Below are positions 36,201 to 48,221 of a stretch of 64,000 nt of DNA, one piece after another; the stretch's first letter is position 1, and each line of letters opens with the position of its first letter. The stretch comes from Camelus dromedarius (taxonomy: Eukaryota): NCBI RefSeq assembly GCF_036321535.1, contig NC_087436.1:112284001-112348000 (forward strand), given 5' to 3'. The notes under the pieces are model-generated. The model was not told the origin of the DNA and did no database searches. It saw nothing but the letters and a program-made list of their open reading frames with translations. The translations under genes were made by a program, and so were the position numbers.

Positions 36201-37533
36201 CATCACTTACCAAGTTCAAGGAACAATAACAGTAGAAAAAGCCCACGGTTCCAAGCCCAAATATCGACTAAGGATGAGCAAGGGACAAGAACAAAAGGAA
36301 TTTTGGAAGCAAAAGGAATGGGTCCAAGGTATTCTGAGAATGAACCTGGGGACAGAGAGAGTGAAGGGGTCAGCCTGCTTCGAAAGGCGAGGTCCTGAGC
36401 AGACTCTGAATGTCGCAGGTTGTGCTGGGGAGCCTGGGCTCACAGGCTAGTGGTGTCTGGAATTGCTCTTGCTCTCATAGTCCTGGAATCAACAAGTCTG
36501 GAGTGGGCCTTTTGCCCCTGCAAACCCACTGACACCCAGTCACCCCTGTGAACTTCCAGTTGAGCTCCTGATAAGCACTTCAGGTCCCCGCTGAGACCGG
36601 AGGCTGCTGGGCTGCTTCCTTCCCTCCAGACCCTCTCCCCAACCATGACTTCGCTTCTGTGCCCCAGCTACCAGTGGGGGTCTTGTGTCAAAACAGAAAG
36701 GATATGCAGAACACGAACACTGCTACCCTCCCGATGCCAACTCCCCAGCTGCCTGGAGGTTCCTGGAGGTGGGCTGGGTTGGGGATGGACAAGAGAAAGT
36801 CCCAACAGGAAAAGGGATAGGTCACCACCCACAAGAGCTCCCAGTTTCTTCTCGCTCATCTTAACTTCCACCTTTATCCCTTGACAGTAATATCTGAGCC
36901 TCAGACACACCTGTGTTTCCCTTGCATTTCATTTTAAAATATTTATAATAGTATGAATATAATATCTTAATATTAAGTTTATAATTAACAAAATTATTTA
37001 TAATATTTTATTAGTAATAATTTAATTATTTACATAATAGAGGATAGTTTATATATATAATACATATTCATAATTTTAATAACAGGATAAAAACTCAGTA
37101 TCCACCTTGGAGTTTGACAAATAGAATACTATCTGTGATGTTCTCATGCACGCCTAATGCATTGCCTTACCCTGCTAACCATGAGAAACTTTATCCTAAA
37201 TTTTATGCTGTCACTTGCTTTTCTTTATGATTTTGCCATGGTAAACCCCAAACAATATAATGCTTAGTTTTGCTTGGTTTTGAACTTTGGATAAAAGAAA
37301 TCATACTGTATATATTCTTTTGTATTTGCTTTTTTCACTCAGCTTTGAGAAACATAACTCTCACTTGTTAAATTTCATTGCTGTATAGTATTCCATTGTT
37401 TAAATGCATCATATGTTATTTTTTGACTCTACTGTAAATGGGCATTTGATTGTTTCTAGCATTTTGCTATTATGAACAAAAAAAAATAAGCTTCTATATG
37501 AGCCTTATTGTGTATATGCGAGAATTTTCCTAA

Positions 37534-39400
37534 GGCAAAAGTCCTCAAAAAAATAATAAAGTTTTTTGGCCTGAGTATCTGCTAAAAACTATTGAAAAGC
37601 TAAATAATCCCTCAAATATTTTTAAGTAAACATCTAAAATTTTTCAATAGCATCTTAAATCGTTACATAGACTGGAATATTGGTCACGCTATAAACATGG
37701 TAAAACCTTGTGATAATGCAAATTCAAACATAGAGCCATAAGTGGCTGGCACTTCCTTCCACCAGTTCCTATTCTCAAATGAGACTTTATCTTCTGCAGG
37801 TGTGGGACAGAGAGAGGACGTCAAGGAGAGAAGGAGGCTGGGGGGAGGGGGATGGAAAACAGCAGGCAACCCTGTCTGCGGGCACAGAAGATGGCAGGCA
37901 GTGCCTGGGTCTCCAGCTGTCTCCCAGCCCAGTCTCCCTCGTCCAGGCTAACACAACGGGCTTCAGCCTATAGACATTCCTGGAGTTGCTGCTGCTTCTC
38001 TGGACATTCTAGAAATTTTCAAGGCAGAAATATCACCATTGATATTAAAGCTGGAAATGGAAAGAATGTTATAGAAAAGTCATTCCATTCTTTGAACTCT
38101 TTCTATATTTTATGCAAAAAAATCACTTAGTAATCTAACAGCTTTAAAAATTACTGTTAATGATCCCTCAGCTGACAACTTGGTTAGAACCTTTTTTGAT
38201 TTGGTTGAAAGTAAAGACTTGCAGACCACTTGACTTGTAAAAACTTTTTTCAGTCATTTGAAGTATTCATTTTTTTCAGTTTCTGGGAAATATAACAAAG
38301 AGGCTCTATCATTATGTCTTGTCCAAAAAGATTTATCAAATAACTGTTCATCACACCTGGAATTTTTTCACTTATAATCCCTTTGTTTAACCTGATACAG
38401 GTTATACACCCTGGACAGGGTTAGGAAAAGGAAATACTGTTGATTCTCATCAAATTTTGCTGATGTAATATTTTAGATAAAATGTTTTTATCCTAACGTG
38501 CTTTTAAAATATTTTCATTTAAACTTCAGAAATGAGGATAGAACCAATTTAATTTATGGGTAATAACCAGTATATAACTGAACAGGCAAAACTAATCCTT
38601 AGTTTTAACCAATCAACCAGGCCAGACTTTGCATCAGAAATAAAGATCTGATTTCATATCTCATATTAAATAAATGTGTTACCATGAAGCCCTGACAAAC
38701 ATTTCACTTTTGCCTTATGACTCTAACATAGATAATAAATGGATGGATGGATGGATGGATGGATGGCTGGATGGATGGATGGATGAATGGTTGGACAGGT
38801 GATAGAGATATAGCCTTGCTCTGGATGTGTTACCTGGGTGAAATAAGGGACTGGCACCTTCGATATTCACAACAGTGATGCAATTTGGATGGTAGTCAGA
38901 GATTTCAAGAGGTAAGGAAAATTGTCAGCACTCCTGCTGGACTCAGAATATCCTGAGCTGAACCAAAAGATTCCATTTCCAGCACAATAATCTGCTCTTA
39001 ACAGAAAAATTCACAAGACCACAAAAATCACGAAGCCCTACCACAGGTTAAAGGCATCTTGACTGAAGGAAGCTTCAGGGAAACCATATCTTGCATTGCC
39101 TTTTTGGTGCTCCCCAAAGATTTTTATATTCCAGGGCGATGCACAGAGGAAGAGAAGGTCTGTGAGAGATTTTCTTTTGTAACCACAGAATAAGGATGAG
39201 TGCGAAAGGGGAGTTAGGAAAGGGAGAACCAACGAGAAGTTCTTATCCAAAATGTGTTATCAGACAAAATTTTAGAAAAGAATGAATACAGAAATTGAAG
39301 GTCTAAAAATTGATTCACTTAAAACAAACTATGTTTGCAGACCCCCTGGAAAATCTTCATGAAGCCCTGGGAAACATTTGCACTACAGCATGAACCAGTG
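37534..39400 (-). mobile_element. hAT-Charlie transposon remnant with transposase fossil
   Basis: Minus-strand translations KSLLSTKSKKVLTKLSAEGSLTVIFK (about 38220-38143) and KEFKEWNDFSITFFPFPA (about 38102-38049) resemble the Charlie transposase C-terminal region. Confidence 0.65.
38739..38790. repeat. (GGAT)n microsatellite
   Basis: atggatggatggatggatggatggatggctggatggatggatggatgaatgg. Confidence 0.95.
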
Positions 39401-39964
39401 CCAAAGAACAAATATCCAGGAGTAGAATTGAGGGTCATAGGATGTGTGGATCTTCAACTTTATTAGATCATCGCAAACTGTTTTATGCCGATGTATGCTC
39501 CTACCTGCAGGGTACAAGGGTTCTCATTACTCCACATTCTTGCCAACAATTGGCATTTTCAAGGTTTTTGCTAGCCAATCTAACAGTTGTAAAATTTTAT
39601 TTCCTATTTTAATTAGCATTTCTTTCATTTCTAAGGAGATTGAGTATCTTTTCCCTGCTTTATTGACCATTTACGTTTACCCTTTTGTGAAATTCCTATT
39701 CATGTCTTTATTCCATTTATCCACTGGAATCATTCAGCTTTTTTCTTGTTGATTCTCAGGAGTTTTTCTTTAAACATATTGTACACAACAGTACTCTGTC
39801 AATTACATATGTTAAAAATATGGTCTCTAGGTTTATGCATTACCTTTTCACTCTGTGTATAATGTGTTCTGAGCAACAAAAGTTGCCCATTTTAACTTAG
39901 TTGAATTTATCAACATTTCCCTTTATGGTTTATGCTTTTTGTGTCTTAAGACATTCACCCTACT

Positions 39965-40391
39965 ACTCATAAAAAAGAATAAAATAATGTCATTTGCAGC
40001 AACATGAATGGACCTGGAGATTGTCATTCTAAGTGAAGTAAGCCAGAAAGAGAAAGAAAAATACCCTATGATATCACTTATATGTGAAACCAAAAAAATA
40101 AACAAATAACCCAAATGAACTTGACAAAACAAAAACAAACTTATGGTTACTGGAAGGAAAGAGGTTGGGAAGGGATAAATTGGGAGTTCAAGATTTGCAG
40201 GTACTAACCACTATACATAAAATAAATGAACAACAAGTTTCAACTGTATAGCACAGAGAACTTTATTCAACATCTCATAGTAACTTTTAATGAAAAAGAA
40301 TATGAAAATGAATACATGTATGACTGAAACATACTGTACGTTAGAAATTGACACAATGTTGCAAACTGACTATACTTCAATTTAAAAAAAA
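39965..40391 (+). mobile_element. Lineage-specific L1 3' end inserted in L1ME
   Basis: catttgcagcaacatgaatggacctggagattgtcattctaagtgaagtaagccagaaagagaaagaaaaatacc...aactgactatacttcaat plus A tail. Confidence 0.9.
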
Positions 40392-40884
40392 TTCTTCCTA
40401 TCGCAAGATAATAAAGACATTAGCCTATATATTCTTCGAAAAGATTTTAAATTTTGCCATTAACATTAAGTACTCAATCCATCTAGAATTGTTTTTTGTG
40501 TCTGAAACACAGTGAAGATCCATTTTCATTTAAATAAAGAATTGTCCATCTCCATTTAAATGAAGAATTGTCTTTGCACCATTTGTAGAATTTTCCATCC
40601 TTTCTCCACTGATCTTCAGGACCAACTAGGTCATCTAACAGGCTTCCATATATGTGTGTAGAGCTGATGCTGGACTCCCTGCTCATCCTGCTGACCTGCC
40701 TAACTATCTCCATATCAATGTCACAGTACCTTAATTACTACAGTTTTATTATAATGTCTCCATATCCAGAAGCGCAAGTCCCCTAATATATAATGTTAAT
40801 AATATTAATATAGAATTATTATTTGAGAGTTATTTTCTCTCAGTTCTGAAGAAAATTTCCCAGTCTTCTAGCTTCCTTTGATAC

Positions 40885-41003
40885 TCTTTTTTTTCAGCTT
40901 TATTGAGATAAAACTGACCTGCAGCACTGTGTAAGTTTAAGGTGTATAACATAATGACTTGACTTACATATATTGTGAAATGATTACCATAATAAGTTTA
41001 GCT
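40885..41003 (-). mobile_element. L1MA-like extreme 3' end
   Basis: ttttcagctttattgagata...gtaagtttaaggtgtataacataatgac...gaaatgattacca. Confidence 0.8.
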
Positions 41004-41746
41004 TTGTTACTATTCAGAAATCAGTTGTCAGGCTAATTTTAGTTTCTTCATACATTTCAATCTTTTATCTCTTAATGGCTTAAGTTCTTCTATTCTTCTT
41101 TACTAAACTTCTTTACTAACCTTTTTTTTTTCGTTCCTTGCAGTTTCTGTTCAATTCACTGTGTTTCCAGATGTGACTTACACTTTATGTATCTTGTTTG
41201 GGATTTATCTGCCTCATGAATGTAAAAAATGATTGTAAGAATCATGAGTGTAAGAATGTAAGAAATGTGCTCAGACATTATTTTTTTAATATGACTTCTC
41301 CCTCTTCTCTGTCATCTTTCTGGAACTTCCATTAGGCTTATGTTTGACTTCCTAACTCATTCATGTTCTTTTATTCTCATTCATACTTCCCATCTCTTGT
41401 CTCTGTGGAGATGCATTCTATGTAATTTCCTCAAACCTATCTCCCAGATCACTTATTCTCTCTTTTAATGTCTCTAATCTACATTAGTCTTTCCACTGAG
41501 TTTTAATATTATTTTTTTACTTTTTAAATTTCTTGATGTCACATATGTTTTATTCCAATTGTGATGGGTCAGTTGTGGTAGTCTCTTGTACTTTTATCAT
41601 ATTTTTGATCCTTTTAGATTTTTAACATTTGAATATGTTCATTTAGTATCCTATATCTGAAAACTCCAGTTTGGGATTTGACCTCACATTTTTTTTTTCT
41701 ATTTGTTAACTTGTTCATGATAGCTTCTTTTCCTTGTGCTTTTGTT

Positions 41747-41748
<2 letters not shown>

Positions 41749-41788
<40 letters not shown>
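41749..41788. repeat. (GT)n microsatellite, about 20 units
   Basis: Perfect GT run. Confidence 0.95.
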
Positions 41789-41791
<3 letters not shown>

Positions 41792-42519
41792 AACTCATGC
41801 TCCCTGGAATTTTATGTTTGATTATTATTTGAGGTCTGAGTTTAAAGTCTTTTCTTCCAGAAACAATTGGTATTTGACATTTGATTAATGAAGATCTTAC
41901 CAATCCAAAGTGAGAATATGTGAACTGGAAGATAGACATGAAGAAATTACAGGTAATGCAGACAGGAAAATAAAAAGATAGGAAATATAAATGAGAATTA
42001 AATTGTATTTTAACTGGGGATTTTCATGAGTATGTCTACCCAGACGGTGTGAATTCTTACCCATCCCCATGTGAATCTGAGTTACAATTAAGATTGATAG
42101 TGTAGACATTGTTTTATCCCTGCTCATTTCCACCCCACCCACCCACCTCCCCCAGACGGCCAATTCATTCATCATCCATCCAAATATCCATAGGCTTGGA
42201 AAAACAATCTCTTTGCTACTTCTTCTGCAGAGCAAGTTTTCTGCTTTGATTTTTCAGTTGGTTGGATTTTTTTTTCATTCCTTGCAGTTTCTGTTCAATA
42301 CTAATCTTCTGACCTCCCCCAGTTTAGGCCCTCACCCTTCTCTCCCATTTGCCACTGCATTACACATTAACACCAAATTCTAGACTTCCAGGCATTGGCA
42401 AAAATCTCCAGGAAAAAAATGCTGGTTCCAGTGTTTGCTTACACATGAATTTAAACTTTCTTGCCATGTCAGTACTTTGAAGAACTTCCTTCTTTCCTGC
42501 AAATTTATCTGGCACTTAA

Positions 42520-45375
42520 AGAGGTATTTTAAGACTCAACAATAAGCAAAGCAAAAGCTCAGCTGAAAAATGGGCAAAAATCTGAACAGACAACTCATCA
42601 AAGAAGATACACAGATGACAAATAAGTACATTAAAAGCTGCTTGAATCATGTATGTTGTAAACTGAATGCTTGTTTCCCCTGAAATCCATATGTTGAAAC
42701 CTAATCCCCAAGACAATGCTATTTAAAAGTGGGACCTTCAGGAAGGGATTAGGTCATGGAGATAGAGCCCACATGAATGAGATTACTGCCCGAGTAAAAG
42801 AGACCCCAGAGAGCTCCCTAGCCTCTTCCACTATTTAAGGACGTAATGAGAAGACATTGACCTATGAACCAGGAAGCAGACCCTCACCAGACACTGAATT
42901 TGACAGCATCTTGATCTTAAACTTCTCAGCCAACAGAACTCTGGGAAACAAATGTTTGTTTTTTAAGCCACCCAGTCTATGGTATTTTTGTTATAGCAGC
43001 CTGAATGAACTAAAACAATTTGTCACAAGGGAACTACAAATTAAGACAACAATGAGATCCTACCACACACCTACCAGAATACTAAATTTTTAAATACTGA
43101 CAATACCAATTCCTGGAAAAGTTTCAAAACAAACAATTTGCCTTCCTTGCTTGTGGGGATGTAAAATTATACTGCCACTTGGAAGACAGTTTGGCAGGTT
43201 TTTTACAAAATAAACAAAATCTAGCAATTGCATTCCTAGATATTTACACAATAGACTTGAAAAGTTATGTCCACACAAAACCTGAATGTAAATGTTTATA
43301 GCAGCTTTATCCATAATTGCCAAAAACTGGAAGCAATCAAGATATTCTTCAATAGATAAAAGGATTAAGGAAACTGTGGTACAGCTATACAAGGGAATAT
43401 TATTCACCAATAAAAATGAGCAATAATGCCATGAAGAGACATGGGTTAACCTTAAATGTATATCACTAAGTGAAAGAAACTAATATACAAATACTACATA
43501 TATATAATTATGTAAATAGAATTATATAATTCTATTTATATAATCCTCTAGAAAAGGCAAAACTATAGACAGTAAAAAAAATCAGTAGTTGCCAAGAGCT
43601 TCAGAGGAGAGAATGGAGATGTGAACAGGTGAATTTTTTCAGGGAGGTAAAACCATTCTGTCTGAAATAGTATGATACTGTGGATATATCACACTATGCA
43701 TTTGTCAAAACCCATTGGACTTTACTGAGCAAAGAGTGCATCTTAAGCATTCAAATAAAAAAATAACTACTTAAGTGGTCAGTAGAACCCCAAGATGGAA
43801 TATAGAATGTGACAATACAATCTAAATGCATTGGAAATGCATGAAACAACCTCACTTGAAGGGGTCGGAGGAAAAGGTCCTTACCTAAGCAAATCCAGAA
43901 ATAAGTAGAGTCTGTAAAACTAAATGCAAAATAAATTATACTCATACAATCAGCACCATACACTGGTTGGTAAAATTGTTTACCCCAAGTGTATTGATTA
44001 ACAATTCTGATACTGCTATGCTTATATACTAAAGATGAACAATTAAGTAAAATGGATGGAAAATGGTAGTTTTCTCACTGTTGAAGTGGAAGACTACAGA
44101 CAAGCCAGGGAAAAGGCTAGAATGATTCCTGTGATAACGAATCAGAGTTGAAGACATCAGCATCAACTCGCGTTTGGCTGAATATAGATACAGATGGTAA
44201 CATACAGAAATATTTATAGATATCTGTATATGCATGAATTAATATACACACACATATTCCCCTGTTTTGTCAGCTGTGGAGACCTAAAAGTAACAACCCT
44301 CCAGTAGTAATGAACACACTTAGTGCAGATCTTGGTTTCTAATACCATTCTTCAACAAAAGGAACCAGAGTCTCTTGGAAAAATGGCTGACTCTAGTGCT
44401 GAAGCAGGGAATATACTGGATGAGCCTGGAGCATCTTACAAGGACAGAAAGAAAGAAAGTACTGACACAGACAATGATGGGGGCATGTCAAAGGGAAATA
44501 AGAGCTAAGTGAAAAAATCGCAGATGGTCAAACTGGGGGGGAAAAAAAGAGCAACAGAATAAAGTAATACTGGATCATAACCTAAGGCATAAAATAAATT
44601 ATCATAAGCCTCACTGATATAAATAAATAAGTGTGAGAGAAGAGGCAAAACTTCTATGCAGAAAAATTCCAAATAGTATATGTAGATACTCTGACCTAAG
44701 GAGATGGAGCATAATTGCCCACTTTTTAAATGTGAATTACAAGTAAAGACTTCCTGCCACACACAGCACAGTAGCTGAGCAAGGGGAGAGGAAGGAGTGA
44801 AGGAAGTAACTCCACAGTGGAAAACTCTGACAAACACCACCCCTTCTAGGTAATCAGGGCCGACATCAGCAGTGATAAGGTGTTCTGGTTGTAAGTACTC
44901 TTGACATAATGTGATAAAAATGCCATTTACCTTTATCTTCTTTCTTCCAAAGCCTCTGACTCTAGGCTAATCATGAGAAAAGCAACAGACAAATACCAAC
45001 TGAGAGGCATTCTGCAGAATATGCCAGTAATCTTCAGAAGCATCGACAACATCAAACATGAGGACAGTCTGAGAATCAGCCAAGACAACCCTAGAAAACA
45101 TGGCATTTGAACGTAATGTCTATCCTGGATGGAACCTTGGAACAGAAAAAAAAGACGTTAAGTAAAAATTAAGGAAATCTGAAAAACTTATGGATTTTAA
45201 TTAATAATAATGTATCGATATTGTTTAATTAATCATAACAAATATACTCTACCAATGTAAAATGATGATAATAATAAAAGAAACTGGGTGTGAGGTTCTG
45301 TGGAAACTCTACACCAGGTTTGCAATTTTCTTGTAAATCTAGAACTGTTCTAAAATGTAAGATTTATTAATAAAA
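42520..45375 (+). mobile_element. L1MC3/L1MD-like ORF2 end plus long 3'UTR
   Basis: aaaaatgggcaaaaatctgaacagaca...ttatgtccacacaaaacctg...cagatcttggtttctaataccattct...tatcctggatggaaccttggaacagaaaa. Confidence 0.9.
42653..43017 (+). mobile_element. MLT1A-like MaLR solo LTR nested in L1
   Basis: ccatatgttgaaacctaatcccca...aaagagaccccagagagctcc...agccacccagtctatggtatttttgttatagcagcctgaa. Confidence 0.9.
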
Positions 45376-45519
45376 TACTTTAAAGTACTTTATCTAGCAT
45401 TTTTAGCTGTGCTCTCATGGGAGGAGTTTTACTTAATATCTAGTCTTTCATATTTACATAAGTACTTCCATTCTTTATCGAGAGCTTTTTTTCCCATATG
45501 TGATTTGCCCCTTGATTGG

Positions 45520-45568
45520 CATATTTGCTAAGGTTCTTCAGAGAAACAGAATCAACAGAATGGAGAGA

Positions 45569-45600
<32 letters not shown>

Positions 45601-46052
45601 TAGAATCTCCACACGTATACTATGCATGTATGCATTATTTGTTATAAGGAACTGGCTCACACAATTATGGAGGCTGAGAAGTCCTGAGACCTGCAGTTGG
45701 CAAATCGGAGATTCAGGAGCGTTGATGGTGTAGTTCCCATCTGAATCTGAAGTCCTGAGAACCAGGAGAGTTGATGAAGTAGGCTCCAGTCCAAAGCCAA
45801 CAGGCTGCAGACCCAAGAAGGGTCAATGTCCTAGCTCAAAGCAGTGACATGGGTGGATTTCCCTCTTCCTCAATTTCTTTGTTCTACTCAGGTCTTCAGT
45901 GGCTTGGTTGAGGCCCACACTCACTAGGGAGGGCAATCTCCTTCACTCAGTCTATCAGTTAAAAAATCCCTCCACAGACATGCCCAGGATATGGACCAAA
46001 CCTCTGGGCACCTTGCGACCCAGGCAAGTTGATGCATCAAATTCACCTTCAC
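45520..46052 (-). mobile_element. MLT2B-like ERV-L LTR with internal (GATA)n(GACA)n at about 45567-45604
   Basis: ggttcttcagagaaacagaa...ataaggaactggctcacacaattatggaggctgagaagtcc...caagttgatgcatcaaattcaccttcaca. Confidence 0.9.
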
Positions 46053-46489
46053 AGTCAGAGTCAGCAATGAGTTAGGCAGCAGACGTCCAGCCCCAGCAGC
46101 TGGGATCCCAGCCTCTGTTTCATTTCCTGCACAGGGAATTTAGCTGCAGCATCTGCTCAGCTCCTTCCCTCCAACCAAAGGAGACTGCTGCTGGGGGCAC
46201 AGTTCCAGCAGTGATGACGGGGACTTGAACAGCCACTGCCTGGACCTGCCGTGAGGACTGGATGAGATTGGGCGTGGGAACACACCGTGTGAGCTGTCCT
46301 GTTCAGCAGAGGTGAAGGGCTCTCATTATCCTCTTCATTTTCCTGTGGATTAGCAGCATTCCCATGATCATCACGTTTTCTAGGCAGAAATAAAAAGATA
46401 ACATATCTGAAAAGCTAAGCTCCTATGAATTCAGAAACAGAGAAGAGCTGGCATCGCCTGCATCAAAGAGAAGAATGGCAGCTCAAATT

Positions 46490-46715
46490 TCTGTGTTGTT
46501 TCTGGCACGCACACTGCCTTCTAATGCATCATCTAGTGTAATCCTTCCCCAAGTCCTGTACAATCGAGGGGTTATTATTCTACTTTTTGTAAATGTAGAG
46601 AAAGCCTGAGGGAGGTTAAGTGACTGGCCCAAGATAACACTGCTAGGACGTAACCGAATTATATTTTAACACCAGGCTTCAAATTCTAAAGCCACGTTCT
46701 TTTCACTGCCTCACA
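46490..46715 (-). mobile_element. MIR
   Basis: gagggaggttaagtgactggcccaagataacac. Confidence 0.75.
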
Positions 46716-48221
46716 ACCCCTCTCTTGAGAGGAAACAATGAACTCAGCCCTTGACAGCATAATTACCTGTAAAGAAAGACAATAAACTTTGTTAATAGCT
46801 GAATAACAGGTTTTTGGTTCATCTACATTTAGAACATATCCAAGTTAGAATCTAAGGAATCTAGTTTCATGTTACTCATTCATTCATGTGTTCCACCTCT
46901 ATCCATCCATCCAACCAACAAATTAAAGGTCTCCTATGTGCTAACCACCGTTACAGGCACAGAGATCACATGTGATGACCCTCAACCTCACCACCATCGT
47001 CATCAACGTTTTCATCCCAGTTACTTTGATCATGTGCATGTCACAGGTGACTGGGTAAAGCCATAAAGTCCGACATTACAGAATATTGGCCATGACTTTG
47101 ACACACACACTCACCAAGGCAGACACTGGAAGACACAGTAAAGGAGATACAATGAGCTGAACAAAATGCAGCTATGCACAGTTAACATGTAGCGTACACA
47201 GGGACCAATGCACTTTGTGGGTGTGTATTGGGAAGGGGTCCTGATATCTGAATTAACAGAATTGTAAGGAACTTTTGTTCCTGAGTAGGCAGATTAGTGA
47301 AAACTCTTCAGGTAATAAAGCAAAGCTGTGTCTTTTTGTTTCCTGTGATGTCCAGGAGAGAATTCCAGTGGGAAGCTCAGCATTCTGCACCCAATGGTGT
47401 GGATTTGACTTGCTACATTGGCACACAGTAGATCTTGAATAAATGTTGATTTGTTTTGTTTCCCTGGATTCAGAAGGATTTTTGTGGAATATTTTTCAGA
47501 GGAGCTGCTTTAATTTGGAAAGGAATAGAAATTCCTCAGAAGAGAGAACCACAAAAATAGAAACTCTGATCTCTCCTCTGTCTAAACAAAGCCTTGTACT
47601 CCTCTTTAAGATGCAGGACAAATGCAGCTTTTGTCGAGAAGACTTCTTCCCATTTTGACAAGTACCTATCAGGGTCCGTGCGTCTGCTTTGTAACCTCCT
47701 GGGACGCATCCCTGGGGAGCCTGACACACCTCCTGTAGCCTCTGCAGATACGCCCTCTCTGTTGGTACTGTGGATCAAACGCCATGCTTCTAGCTTAGAT
47801 TAATCCATTCATTTTTAAGCTGGCTCCTACCACCTCTTAACCACTCAGCTACAGCAATTTTCCTCTCTCACTTATCTTCCCATTTGCACTCTCTGCTTGG
47901 TCATTCCCAGCAACAAATGTGCCAGTAGTTCACCTAATTTTCAAAAAAAAAAAAAAAAAAAAAAAAAACAACTTTTAACTCTGCTCCCTTCCATCTGCTC
48001 CCTACTTACCTGTGGCATCTGTACCATGTCCTTCATAGGATTTTCCTCAGCCAACAAAAACCAGCCCTTTCTATCAAGAGGTAGATGACAGCCAGTGACT
48101 GACTCACATGAGGTACCAAAAAGCCAGCCCACTGCCTTGAGGTGCAGATTACTTTGCGATGTAAACTGTTTTCCAAAGTTTCACTGTGAGCTCAGACCGA
48201 AGCTAGTTGTCAGCTGAGACT

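Larger units (their letters stand above)
36930..42500 (-). mobile_element. Fragmented old L1ME (3' part) and HAL1/L1 ORF1-like segments, heavily nested
   Basis: ttcattgctgtatagtattccattg...tttgctattatgaaca. Text breaks at about 37533 and resumes at about 39410 (atccaggagtagaattg.gggtcatagg). Confidence 0.75.

Noticed and set aside
27856..48011. Isolated strong minus-strand donors (CAG|gtgagt near 27860, CAG|gtaagt near 48008)
   Set aside because: No convincing paired acceptor or ORF, and consistent with chance frequency.
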